Positions 1 to 12,550 of a DNA stretch of 64,000 bases are shown here, piece after piece. Made by a program: the position numbers and the translations under genes. Under the pieces are notes generated by a model. The model was given only the letters and a program-made list of their open reading frames with translations, was not told the DNA's origin and made no database searches. Origin of the DNA: Felis catus. Taxonomy: Eukaryota. Position 1 is the stretch's first letter. Each line of letters starts with the position of its first letter. The stretch lies in the NCBI RefSeq assembly GCF_018350175.1, contig NC_058368.1, positions 155,808,001 through 155,872,000 of the forward strand. The letters are read 5' to 3'.

Positions 1-3000
1 TAAGAGAAATCTGCAGATATTGGCAGCAAGGAAAAGTATATGGAAGTAGAAAGATGAGGCAAAGAACCCAGGGACAGAAAGGGGGGAATAAAAAATGAGG
101 AGGCTCCGAAGGTATATTTTCAAATCTGTACTTTTAAAGCATGCCTAGTGAATGAGAAGAACCTGGAAAAGGATGGCAAGGGTCTTGGCTTTGCAGTGAT
201 ATCCAGACTACAGACCTCATCTTTACTCTGTTGGAGGAAACCACTTAGACCTCACTTACTAGTGTCCATGTGGACTAATAATGCTCATCTCGCTCCTCCT
301 GCTTGCTTGCTCTTCCCTGTGTAGGGGCAGAAATTCTATGTGGTCCATGAACTGCTGTTTTTGATTCAGCCTCTTCCTCCCCACTGGGCAGCCTGCTGCC
401 CAACGAAAGTACACATTCGTCTCTGCTGCTCAGTGCCATAAGCTTCACGCAGCGCGGTGTGTGGGTAAGTCTCCTGAGTTCTGCGGAGACAAACCTACTT
501 GGCTAGTAGACCTAACCGATACCCCAGTCTGTTCTTTATCAGCTGTAAAAATGACACATTGATCTCTATCATCTGATTCTTTTTCTCTCAACTAGTTCTC
601 AATGTGTGTAAAGAAAAGACACAGAAAATGTCAGAGGTGTTAAAATATAAAGAAAGTGTGCATTTTAGAATTGACAAAACACACTAATTTGATAATTAGG
701 ATTGTGACGTACTAATTTGTGTGTGTATATGATAGAAAGGCTGGGGGCAAGGGAAAGAAGAAAGACAGGGGAAGGAGACAGAGATGACTAATATTCAATT
801 ACCAATTACCCAAATAAGGACTTATCTACAAAAATGCTTAAATTTTCTGTATATAAAAAGGCTCTGGTCGGGTTTCAATTCTAAAATTGACATTGCAAAA
901 GTCTTTGTTTTTTCCTACTGGAATACAGCTTTTAAGTCAGTAGGAACTCAAAGTTCTGTAAGTAAAGGTTATATATCCACTTAGGTCTAGAAACCAGGGT
1001 AAATTTTGTAAACCAACATACTTGATGACTTTTCTATGACTCTGAAGAACTGCTGAAATAGGTCTGCCGCATCAATCTCATTGTACAGCTATTCATCAAA
1101 ATATGAAATGGGGAAAATGGAAGATTGTTAAAGGAGGAGGAACAGAGTGATTTGAGAGGTTCAATTTTCACACAGAGACTTCATTAGTTTGAGTGAAGTG
1201 TTTGTTATGAGTACCTTGAATGTCTGATGGAGCTACATTAACTTTAAATTCAAATTCATCCATAGGCAAATACAAATGAGAGTTAGATGTTTATTCGTAC
1301 TATTTATTCTCACCTTCCTTAAAATATGGTGGCCTAAGACTTTCCCCAATAACCAGATACTGGATCTTATATGTTTCTGTGTAAAGCACTTTTCTGTAAA
1401 GAACCGGGCATATTGCAAATGAAATATACTGATACAAACAAAAATGATGTGGCTCCTTCATTATCTAAATATGGCCAAAGAGATCTAAATGAACACATCA
1501 TAACAAATTTTTTAATATGTGTTTTCCCCTTTTAGATCATAAGAGTTTAAATTTTTATCTTTTGTGCAACTAATATGTTAATAATGGACATAAAGGACAG
1601 ATAAACTACAGATTCTGAGTAGTATTTTATACAAGCTTCAAATATAGATAAAGAAGTTTTGTATTATAAAAGTTTTATATTTTGTATTAAAAAACAAAAA
1701 TACTGATGAGATATATGAGAAAGATACCAAGACATGTACTGGGATACATTAAAGAAGAGATGATATTCTTACGGCCTCCTTGTACATGTTTCTGTACAAA
1801 AACAGGAAGCTTATAAATTCTTCAATGTAGCAGAGTCATTGGTAGTTCTTAAAGTCTAAAAAAACAAAGACTTTTTTGGTAATAGTCTTTTTTGTAAAAT
1901 CTCCACATTAAAAAAAATAATAAAGTGGAAAAGTGCTTAATTGTAATGCATTCCCATGTTAAAATTAATACTTTCCTACCATTAGATACATATCCACAAT
2001 CAAGTTCCTAATCAGGCTATAAGTCCCAAACACTATAAAATAATTTTGTTCTTTTCATATCAAGGCATTTTCATTTTCACTAGAACTAATTACCTTTAAA
2101 TAAATGATTCAGAGATGTCAAAAGCGACTCTCAGGGAATGTTTCAAGAGGTCCCAGTTTCCTGAATTATAGCCTAGAACATCTGCTTAGCAATCTGGCAA
2201 GTAGTGTGAAGCCAAAACAGAGCATCTCACATATATAGTAGTTGTATCTGACCTCAAGAATGTGACAGCTGGCTATTTGCCTATAACCTTTATAATGTAA
2301 AAATGTAAAATACTGTATGCAAGAGAGACTAGTAAAAACAAGAGCGCCAACACCAGAGGCATGAAGTGTAAAAGAAAAACAAGTCGCCTTAGGAAAGTAG
2401 AGTTGTTCTTCAATTGCTCCTTCATGCCAAAGGAATTAGAAAATATTGTTGAAAAGAACTTTACTTGTTAAAAAATTTAAAACGACGTTATAACTTGATT
2501 TTTTCTTACAACCCAGAAAAACAAAACAAAATAAAATAACTGGAAAAGTTACACCTGTTCTAAAATGGGAGAAAATGAAAAGTAAACCTTAAAGTGGACC
2601 CTCCCAGAAAGGAAGTGCTTAAGATACAAACTGTCAGAAGAATTGTAGATTAGGAACACAAAGAAAAAAGAAATGAGTTTAACAACTACATAAGTACAAA
2701 TTAATTCTCTTTGATATGGCACACAGCTGTTAGAAGTCATTTGACATATACTCTTAAAGCAGGCAGAAACACACCAGTTGAAGTGTGTTCCTAAGTTGAT
2801 GAGTGAGCATTGAAAGTGAACAACATCATGCTGGTACAAACACCAGTACTCTCAACCTGATCTTCACCAATCAGCAAGGTTACGACACTCACATGACCAG
2901 ACAGAAAATCACAGTTCAGTCCAATCTAAATTCAAATTGATCTTGGGATTTTGAACTAGTCTCAGATTCAGAGGTCTGGAAACCTATTAATCTTTTATGA

Positions 3001-3769
3001 GATCTAATTCTTTATTAGATCATGGCTGACCGTCAGTGACTAATAACGTATATGTAACTTACAAAATCTCTTTATGGCAAAAGGATTTGAAGTTTCCCAC
3101 TGTCAACCCTATTTTCATGTAATTCAAAATTATTTCTAAGGTGATTGTAAATATATATGCTTGATAATATGTAGATGATGACAAGGCATTTTTATGAGAG
3201 CTTGTCTTGAATGGTTACATTAAGGACAATGGAAATAACCGACAAGATATGAAACTGGGGGTTACATTTGAGGCAACAGTGAAAGTCTTAAATGACAATG
3301 TCCCATTTATTCAGCAGCCAGATTATAGCACCCTCAATCATCCAGTACTCTGGAACCCAGAAAAGTTTATTTAACCACGTTCACACTAATCTTCAACTCT
3401 TAAATGGTAAAAAATGCACCAGTAAGTAAAAACTACTCTTATTGAAACTGCTGAAATCAAATCTCAACAATTCAAGAATGGCTTACATGTGAAAAGAATA
3501 ATAAGAAATTCCAATAGATGGAAATTAGGAAGAACACCTTGAAATATAAAGAAAAGCAAAAGCACAGCTGATGTAATAAGTGGAAAGGCTTCAAAGAATG
3601 ACATGTATTTCAACCGAAGCACAGAATACACGTGAAAGAGACAAAAAACAACTCTTCGTGATAAGTTAGAGTGGGCTTAGGCCATATCTCAATGTAAGTT
3701 ATCCCTCAAATGTATTAACTCCCAAATTTCCAGATATATTTTCCAATTTAGCCAATATTTTTTTCTAGT

Positions 3770-5190
3770 GAATTTTTTAAAGTATTACATACATATAGGA
3801 AAAGTACACAAATCTTTAGTGTACAGCTTGATGAATTTTCACAAAGTGAACACATTCCTGTAACAAACAGTAAGATTTTCTAAAAAATGAACACTACCAG
3901 CACCCAGAACCCCCCACCATGAAGCTACCACTCTAGGCATAAACTCTATCTTGATTTCTAACACCATGGATTAGTTTGGCTCACTTTTGAATGCTGTATA
4001 AATGGACTCATACAATCTGTACTCTGTAATTGGCTTCTTTAACCTGGCAGCAAGTTAAAGAGGTTCATTCATGTTATTGCATGTAGCTGTAAGTTTGTAC
4101 ATTCTTACTGTATTATAATATTCTATTATATAAATACAGCACATTTAAAGAGTATAATTATTATTAAGAACTGAATTTGTAGAATAGATAATAATTACAA
4201 TAAAACAATAATCAGAATTACCATTCTCCTACCGATGAGCATTGAAATAGCTTCAATTTTTAGCTGCATAAATAGTGCTGATACGAACATACTTATTAAA
4301 AACTACAGTGTGCTGGAACTAGCTCATACTGATTCATGAGGGCCCACTGTTCAATTTTGAGGAATTTTGTAAGTCAACTGTTAAATAAAACCACTATTAA
4401 AAATTAAATTATATAACCTTACAAATAAATACAATATACTTAAAACAAATGTAATAAAACCTCATCACTTCCAAGTTATTTTTACTACATTTTACTGTTA
4501 TCTATCCTCATAGGGTTATCTATGTCTATTGTATCTGTATGGTGGAAATATTATATAATGATGGTTAACTATATCTCTTCCCAATTCTGTGTTCAGTGAC
4601 ATCACATTGGCAACTTGAAGTCAACCATGTTTTTTTTTACATGAGTGTTTACACTAAGGAAACTGGCAAACCCTGCAAATAAGGGCTTCATTTATGGTTT
4701 TGTTGGTAGTCTAGACTTAAAGTGATACAAAACTATTATACAGGTTAAATTTAAAAGTGTGCCTTGTCTGTAGCTGTTACACTGTGAAAAAAGCATATAA
4801 TATTAAGGAAATATTCTTCCAGTAATTGAGAACTATAATCTAAGGCATTCACATTTGTAATTCTGGACATACGTCTTTGTTGTTTCACTTTATGTTACTA
4901 TTAACAGAATGAAAATACAAACAGTTATTAACATCACAATTGACAATGTCCATTGTAACCACAGGAAAGCTACGGATTCAAGAGTTAAACAAAAATCAAC
5001 AAAAGTATTCTATGAGAATCAATTGGTTATATGAAATTTACTATAAAGTATATTGTGTATTTTATTATTTGTATATTCAACTTTAATGGATACTTCCAGT
5101 TTTCAAAGTGGTTAATGTTAATTTACACTTCTACTGGCAGTGTATGAGTATTCCAAATGATCGATGTCTTCTGTAAGTAGTATTCTGCTT
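3770..5190 (-). mobile_element. Old L1 (L1M-type) 3' end, split by a MER63-like insertion
   Basis: Antisense L1 3' text (gtacagcttgatgaattttcacaaagtgaacac; ttcattcatgttattgcatgtagctgt) that resumes at ~5075 (ttttcaaagtggtt...atttacacttc...cagtgtatgag). Confidence 0.7.
4306..5074. mobile_element. MER63-like hAT (Blackjack) DNA transposon relic
   Basis: Starts cagtgtgctggaactagctcatactgattcatgag...ttttgaggaattttgtaagtcaactgttaaa...attaaaaattaaattatataa, matching the recalled MER63 consensus over ~750 bp; right terminus not seen. Confidence 0.75.
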
Positions 5191-5361
5191 TCTAAAATGT
5201 TAGCACAAATAATAATGTTATCATCTAACACTGTTTAGAGTTGTAGTCCAATTTCAATGCCACCATTTAAGTGAAATTACAAAAAAAAAAAAAAAATTGT
5301 CACCAGAAATCTCAGACTACAAACATGACAATAAAGGGTTACTTTGCATTACCCCTTAGCC

Positions 5362-5532
5362 CAGTGGTTCTCAACTGGACTATTTTTGTCCTCTGGGGAA
5401 CTTTTGGCAACGTCTGGAAACATTTTGGTTAGGCAAGGCATGCAGCTAAAACATCCTACAATGCACACAAAGCCACCAAACAAAGAATTATCTGACCCAA
5501 AATGCCAATAGTCCTGAGGTTGAGAAATCCTG
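5362..5532. mobile_element. MER20 hAT-Charlie MITE
   Basis: TIR-like ends cagtggttctcaa ... ttgagaaatcctg; internal aaacatcctacaatgcaca and aaagaattatctgacccaaaatg. Confidence 0.85.
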
Positions 5533-7589
5533 CTTAAATCTAACCCATTCCTTATTAAACATATATTCTTGACTAAGGAAGAAAAGAAAAAGAAGGAAGT
5601 GAGAATGGATTGTTCTAGGTAAACATAATTGCACTAGATAAACAACTCAGTGCATATGTTCTATTGTTAATTACATCCAAGGAATCTTCATAACACATAA
5701 AAAGCACCAATATGTTATCTAAACAATCAAAGATTACAATATTTTTCATCTCATAAGAGACAAATTCATTTTGCTCTTATATAAAAGACTACTGAAAGAA
5801 TCTGATTTGAAAATTATTTTTAAATTTTTATGATTTAAATGCCTACTGTCATATGGCAGAGAAAGAAAAGAATGTAAGGGAGAAATACATACATGGGGAA
5901 ATCAAAGGTTATTCCATTAAATTTTCATTTCAAATACAATGCTACTTAAGTAATAATATTTACTTGTAATTCCTTAAATTGTACCTCTGGTGAGTAATAA
6001 AAAATGAGTTGACTTTATGTCAATACATATCCCATGTTTGAACCTGGAAAACGAAAAACATGTCTAGAAATAACTAAATGTTAAACTGAAAGGCAAATTA
6101 AAATTTTTGCTTTATCAATATGAAGGCAAGCTGGAAACTCATTTTATTGTTTATTAAAACCATAAAATATTTTAAATCCTCCCAATTGAAATCCCTTTAT
6201 TTATATTTCTAAATGTACCTTTCTCCTCTTAAGAAAAATATTCCCATTAAAAATGTGTAACTGGTAGAATGTAGGGTGAGAGATTATGGAGGCCAATGCA
6301 GAACTTAAAAAATTTTATTAATTTTTTTATGAAATTAGTTTTACTCTCTGCCTCTGGAAATCTAAAGGGAGGAATAAATCTCATTTAAGAGTTATAGACA
6401 ACTCAAACGAAATTTTATATCACCTCAAGCAAAATTTTGTTATATCACCAACAAATAAATTTTATGTAGTTAGTTATTTTTCGAAAATAAAAACAGATTT
6501 CTAAGTGATAATAAGTTAATCTTATCTAGAATTAACCAAAAAAGTATACTTGTTGAGTATGACCTTTGCCCAGTGGTAAAATATGATCAGTATATGTTAC
6601 ATGCTATAAAAGAAAGATGAGTAGATGAGTACTTTAGATCATAATTATATTCTTTCTTTTATTCCCTTCATAACTATAATTCTGTTTTTAACAATTTCAA
6701 AGGAGGAATGTCATTTTGGAAAAAGGAAAAATTCAATTTACAGAGTCCTATGTTTTGTTCAAATCTATATGGAACAAATAATCACCAATTGTTTTGCTTG
6801 TTTGCTCTTAATTCAAAAATGTAATTCAGGAATAGCTTTAGGACTCTATTCATACACTGAAAACAAACTTTTACTATAAGGCATACTGAATTTAAATTGA
6901 TGTAAAGGTAAATTAGTAATTATCCATACAATTATGGGTCCTCTATCCCATCCTCTACCTATTCAAATTTCTTTAAATTCTTTTCATATTGTAAGTAGTT
7001 CCTGAATTTATGATTTCAGTAAGAGTAATTTTTACCTACTGGTATTATCTTTTACAGTATCAAGACATTAAGTATCAGATACTAGTATGAATGTGGTTAG
7101 AGACACTTTTCTGGATGAGCAAAGACTTGGAAACTAAAATCAAGGTTGGTAATTTCTATAAAGGCTAGGCTAAAAATAAATTCAATTCATGTTCAAAAAT
7201 CATGTCCCATTCTCTATATAACTTATGACAGCAAATCTTAAATGATTTCATGAATATGTAGCCTTATGAAAATTATCAACCAATTGCTCCATTTTTCAAT
7301 TTGTGTTTTCTCTTCATATTGCTAGCATCTGAATGAATGGTGTTTGTTGCACCAAAGAAGAAAATATTCTCAGGAAAGAAAAGCACTTTTTATTTCATCT
7401 GAGTTAAGCTACACTGCCAACAGACAAAAACAACTCCATCTTCCAAAGAATCATACACGATAAAACACTAAACTGAGAAATTACTTTAGTAATGCCAATA
7501 TTAACGTACACAATAAGATATTAAGCTAAAAACTACTAATACTAAAAAATGGATAACTTTCCTACCAAATCATCTGTATCAATGCATAC

Positions 7590-7780
7590 TTTTTTAAAGT
7601 TTATTTTTTTATTTTGAGAGAGAAGAGAGAGCGCGAGTGGGGGAGGAGAAGAAAGAGGGATACAGAGTTCCAAACAGTGCAGAGCCCGACATGGGCTTCG
7701 AACTCGTGAAACCATGAGATCATGACCTGAGCTGAAACCAAGAATGATATGCCTAACCAAGTGAGCCACCCAGGTGCCCC
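7590..7780 (-). mobile_element. CanSINE (older subfamily)
   Basis: Ends gagccacccaggtgcccc (reverse of the GGGGCACCTGGGTGGCTC head); GA-rich tract and T-rich tail. Confidence 0.92.
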
Positions 7781-8969
7781 TTACTGCATCTTTAATAATA
7801 CCTGTCACTCAATGAGTAAAGGGTTTAGGCCATTTTCCCTGATTGTTTTTATAACAATATATAAGAAAGACTCCCATATTCATCATTCATTTGGAGGCTT
7901 ATAAATATAAAAATGTCTTGTACATATTTCATAACTATGAGTGCAAAAAAGGTATCTAAGTATGCCTTCCTATTTCAGTAAAAGAAAGGAATACCTACCT
8001 AGGCTAAATAACTTTTTTAAGATTCAGAGCAAGTTAGTAAGAGAAGTAAGTAAGTAAGCCAAGGCTGTATTACAACGTATTTCCGGATATAACTTTAGAA
8101 GAAGCAACAGGAGGTATCAGAAAGGATGGCAGAGTGAACAAAAGGCCTAAGAACTACTCTCCTAAAATAATAATGTTTAAGAAAAATGCAAATACAATGA
8201 GAAATAGCAAATAAGATATTCCTTATCCTAGCAGGAATGTATGTATTCCTTCTAACAGAGGTTATTTCCTGAAGTCTGCTTCCTCACTCCACTTAACAGT
8301 TCACTACCATTCTTCCTAAACTTCCTTTCCTTCTCAATCCATACAGCTGAGCATCCTAACATCTAGCTTATGCCTTTATACACAGAAGGTATCTGTTTAA
8401 TTAGATACGTACTGTTTACTCCATACCAGCTCTTCTCATTCAAATCTCCTCTTACAAGACATTGACTTATACATATCTGGACATGGGTGAGCCTATTTAC
8501 TGCCTGAAATTTCTGAATTGGGACACATGCAGTAAATGAAGAGCTGATGAATGTGTTTAATGTGCCAAGAGTTTCAGTTCTGCATTTTCAATTAATAGCA
8601 ACACTTCAGTATAGCAACCTCCTCTCTCCTTTCCCCAAGCAGTTAATGATCTCTTAATAAATACATTAATACAAAAAGAATTCAATATCGACAACATCCC
8701 TGTGATAGGTCTTTTGTAAAACAGTATCTTTTTGTAATTCGGAGGAAATTTTGATATTAAAAGGAAAATAGAAAGAATTAGACTAAATTGTGAGAAATTA
8801 AACCAAATGTTTCCCATAGTTCGGTTCCTTAAAATAAGTATGCTTGTATCATAAAAAAAATTATTATAAAAACAGAATCTATAGTCAACTTAAGCCCTAG
8901 GAAGACCAATTTAGACCATCCAGTAGACCACCTTCATTAAAGAAATGAGAAAACTATTTTCAAAAAGAA

Positions 8970-8990
8970 ACACACACGCGCGCGTGCGCA

Positions 8991-9036
<46 letters not shown>
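8970..9036. repeat. (CA)n microsatellite with a short (CG)n interruption
   Basis: Directly visible. Confidence 0.95.
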
Positions 9037-9039
<3 letters not shown>

Positions 9040-9627
9040 ATAATGCAAATTTCAAAAGTTAAATGTAGCAACCATTGCTTTGGGAGAGAAGACCATGAAC
9101 AAAATATTGTAAATGTGAAATATTTTAAATGCTGAATGTGACCATACTAAATATCCACATATCTGATCTCTTTTTTACAACATTATGTAATGGTAGTCAA
9201 CAGATTTCATCTGAGTAAACACAATGTTTTCTCAGTCTCAGTGTGGGTTTTCTAAGACCTTTACAACTGCCATTCACAATTTTTTCCATTATCTAATGAG
9301 CTCCTTGCTTTGTAGCCTTTCAACAAATATCCTAAAGAAAATACAAAAGTAAAAGAGAGTTAAATCAGAGTGTAAGTTAATCTACATGATATTAGGAGAT
9401 ATTAATAATATTAGGATTAGTTATGATTTTTCTTTCAATTTTGCAACAATGGACTTAGACTAATCATAAAATTAACTCTCAGAGCATCTGCATGATCCAG
9501 CATACCTATTGCTGAAACAGAGGGATAAGATGGAAAGAGTAGGAAAGTGGGGTTAGAGGCACTGTCAAACAAATGGGTTGGGAAGACTATGGTAGCATCT
9601 ACACCTCTTGTCTAGAATAAGATTCAT

Positions 9628-9835
9628 GGGGTGCCTGGGTGGCTCCGTCAGTTAGGTGTCTGACTCTCGATTTAGGCTCAGGTCATGATCTTACAGTCGT
9701 GGGATCGAACCCCATAGTGGTCACTGCTCTGGGCATGGAGCCTGCTTGGAATTCTCTCTGTTCTCCTTCTGCCCCTCCACTACTTGCATTCTCTCTCACA
9801 CTCTATTTCAAAAAATAAAAATAAATAAATAATAA
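9628..9835 (+). mobile_element. CanSINE (older subfamily)
   Basis: ggggtgcctgggtggctc head, ggctcaggtcatgatc, CT tract, A-rich tail; decayed TSD aataagatt/aataaggtt. Confidence 0.92.
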
Positions 9836-9899
9836 GGTTGTCAACGTTTTCAATGTTAAAAGATCTCTTCAGTATTCCTCCTCAATTAGTGTTACTAAC

Positions 9900-10640
9900 A
9901 TCTCCCCTATTACACAAGTCAGAAACCCAGCTATTGTATTTGAATCTTTTTTTTTTTTTAATTTCCCACATATAGTCAAATCACTGTAATAGTTTTCGTA
10001 TCTCTCCAGTTCTATACATGCTCAAGGGTTCCTCAGTTCAGTCTACCATTTTTGCTCACAGGTTACTTCAATAGTTTCTTACCAGTCACCGAATCTACTC
10101 TTCCAACTTATGCCAGAATTAATTTTCCAAAACACAAATATGACCATGTTATTTCCCCTTTTAGAAATCATTCAGTGCTGTTTCATGATCCTTAAGACAA
10201 CTTACAAATATCTTAAGTTGGACACATCAAAGCCTGAAGATCTCTAAAACTTTAGTCTTATATTATTCTCTCTCTCACATCAAACTCTAAGTTCAAGTTT
10301 TATTCAACTAGTACCTTTACCTAGAATACCTTTCCCTACCTCCAAGTGCCCACTCATAGTTAAGGATTTCATGTAAATAATGCTTCTCCTGGGAAGTATT
10401 TTTACAAAGATGGCCTTAAGAGATGCCTTCAATATGTTAACCCATGGTACCCTCTGCTTACAGTTTGGGTATATACTTGGTACTGTACTGAATATGCCTG
10501 TATTCGCCCATTAAACCACAATGTGTTGAGGGCAAGCACTAATGTTTTATTCAATACTGTATCTCCCTAAACAGTGGCTGGTCCTCAATAAATGCTTGAT
10601 GGATCTATAGATGAATTGGAGAATTGACGGATGGATAGAG
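9900..10640 (+). mobile_element. L2 3' remnant
   Basis: aaaacacaaatatgaccatgttatttcccct; ttgagggcaagcact; terminal ctcaataaatgcttgatggat typical of the L2 3' end. Confidence 0.65.
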
Positions 10641-11229
10641 GGATGGATTCCACAAGGTAGAAAGGTTAGAACAAAATTTTTGCCATTAACAAATGTGAGT
10701 TTTCAAAAGAAAAATCATTTTCAGGATGTTTATGTTTCTACTTGCTAGATGTAGTTACACCTGGGAAATAACATCTACACCTCCAAGGCATTGTCAAGAC
10801 CAACTTAATCCCATGTCCTCTGGGTCCTTAGAACAGTTGGATAATATAGATCCAGAAAAATAACTGCCAGTACAATTAGATGCCAGAAGAAACCCAATCA
10901 TACTGCTAAAGGAATGGGATAGAGAGTGGCAGGATGTGTAGAGAAAGTGGAGAAAACAAAACAAAAACAAAACTAAACACTAAATAACTACCATCTCCAC
11001 TTTCATTACTATTAACATTTATTAAGTACTCATGATGTGACAGCTGTTAGATTAAGAACTTGTACACATCATCTTCCTATAAAAGAACAGGAGAGCTGCA
11101 ATCACATAGGATTATCTTTTAATAGATCTAGCATAAATAATGATGTCTGTCAATAAGCCATCACGCTTTTCTTTTTTGTTAATGGAATTCATTTACCTCT
11201 CCATCCGTAAGTTTTAAAAACAGCTTCAG

Positions 11230-11450
11230 GTACAGCAGTAAGTGCTTTTCACACATTTTATCAGTTAATATTCAGGATATTTCTGTGAGTTTGGTATTAC
11301 TATTATGATTACTTTATGGATTAGAAAACCAAGAATGAACAGTTCAAAACACTTGAACAAATCACACACTATTAAGGCACAAAGCTAAAAATGGTAACTA
11401 GGAATGTTTAACACTAAAGCCTATGTTCTTATCTATTCAACTATACTGCC
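11230..11450 (-). mobile_element. MIR
   Basis: Degenerate MIR core (gtattactattatgattactttatggattagaaaacc...acttgaacaaatcacacact...ctaaagcctatgttctt). Confidence 0.6.
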
Positions 11451-11779
11451 AGACAATGGTGAAAATATATGTCTTGCTTTCAATGAGCTTACAGTTTAGT
11501 GGGTAACAGAAGCATACCTATAAAATTTCACAAAACAGGATTGATATTATTGGGCAAGTTGTTACAGTTATAGCATGGTGCAATATATCTAAACAAAGTA
11601 AGAGGGTATTTCCCAAAGCTATAGTATTTAGGAGTCTTAACTGTGTTACTCCTGTACATCATGAAAGTAACAAACTGGGATGCAGAAGCTCAAGATGAGA
11701 CAATGATGTGGCTTTCTTCCAAATGCTTCTTTAAAACAATTCCTAATCTTAAAATTATTTCTCTTAAAACAACTCAAAT

Positions 11780-11983
11780 GGGGGTGCCTGAGTGGTTCAG
11801 TCAGTTTAACGTCCAACTTCGACTCAGGTCATGATCTCGCAGTCTGTGGGTTTGAGCCCTACGTCAGGCTCTGTGCTAACAGCTCAGAGCCTGGAACTTG
11901 CTTCAGTTTCTGTGTCTCCTTATCTCTCTGCCCCTCCCCTGCTCGCACTCTCTCTCAAAAATGAATAAACATTAAAAAAAAAA
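11780..11983 (+). mobile_element. CanSINE (SINEC_Fc-like)
   Basis: Head gggggtgcctgagtgg; felid-type gctaacagctcagagcctgga; tail aataaacattaaaaaa. Confidence 0.93.
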
Positions 11984-12078
11984 GCAAATGTATAAATGTA
12001 AAAAAAAAAAGACTTTATATAAGGCTTCACATAAGTCTTTATATAAGACTTTACATTTAAAGTCTTTATATAACATTT

Positions 12079-12190
12079 AATATATATATTTGTATATATA
12101 TTGTATATATATATATTTGTTGTATATATATATATATATATATATATACGTATATATGTATATGTATATATATGTATGTATATATATATA
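12079..12190. repeat. Imperfect (TA)n microsatellite
   Basis: Directly visible. Confidence 0.95.
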
Positions 12191-12336
12191 CAACAGCTAA
12201 CAAAAAACTTCCTGGGGATTAAAAAGAAAAAAGGAATTAATACTATACATACTATTATTTACTATATATGTAATTTCTTATTGAAAGCAAACTTAAATAC
12301 CATTACCTATGGTATTTATACAGAATTGAGCATCAT

Positions 12337-12550
12337 TTTTTCATTAAAAAAAAAACCTTTTTTAAGGTTTATTTTGGGGAGAGAGAGAGAGAGTGTAAGC
12401 AGGGGAGGGGCAGGGAGAGACGGAAACGGAGAATCCAAAGCAGGCTTCAAGCGGTCAGTGCAAAGCCTGGCATGGGACTCAGGCCCACCAACTGAGATCA
12501 TGACATGACTGAAGTTGGACAGTCAACCGAATGAGCCACCCAGGCGCCCC
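12337..12550 (-). mobile_element. CanSINE
   Basis: Ends gagccacccaggcgcccc; TSD tacagaattgagcatcat (12319-12336) / tacagatatgagcatcat (12551-12568). Confidence 0.93.

Noticed and set aside
1022..1226. TGATGA...CTGA motifs suggestive of a C/D-box snoRNA
   Set aside because: On the strand opposite the host transcript, with an imperfect C-box context and no clear terminal stem.
12101..12508. 135-aa ORF, the longest in the window
   Set aside because: Made of (TA)n low complexity plus an antisense SINE.
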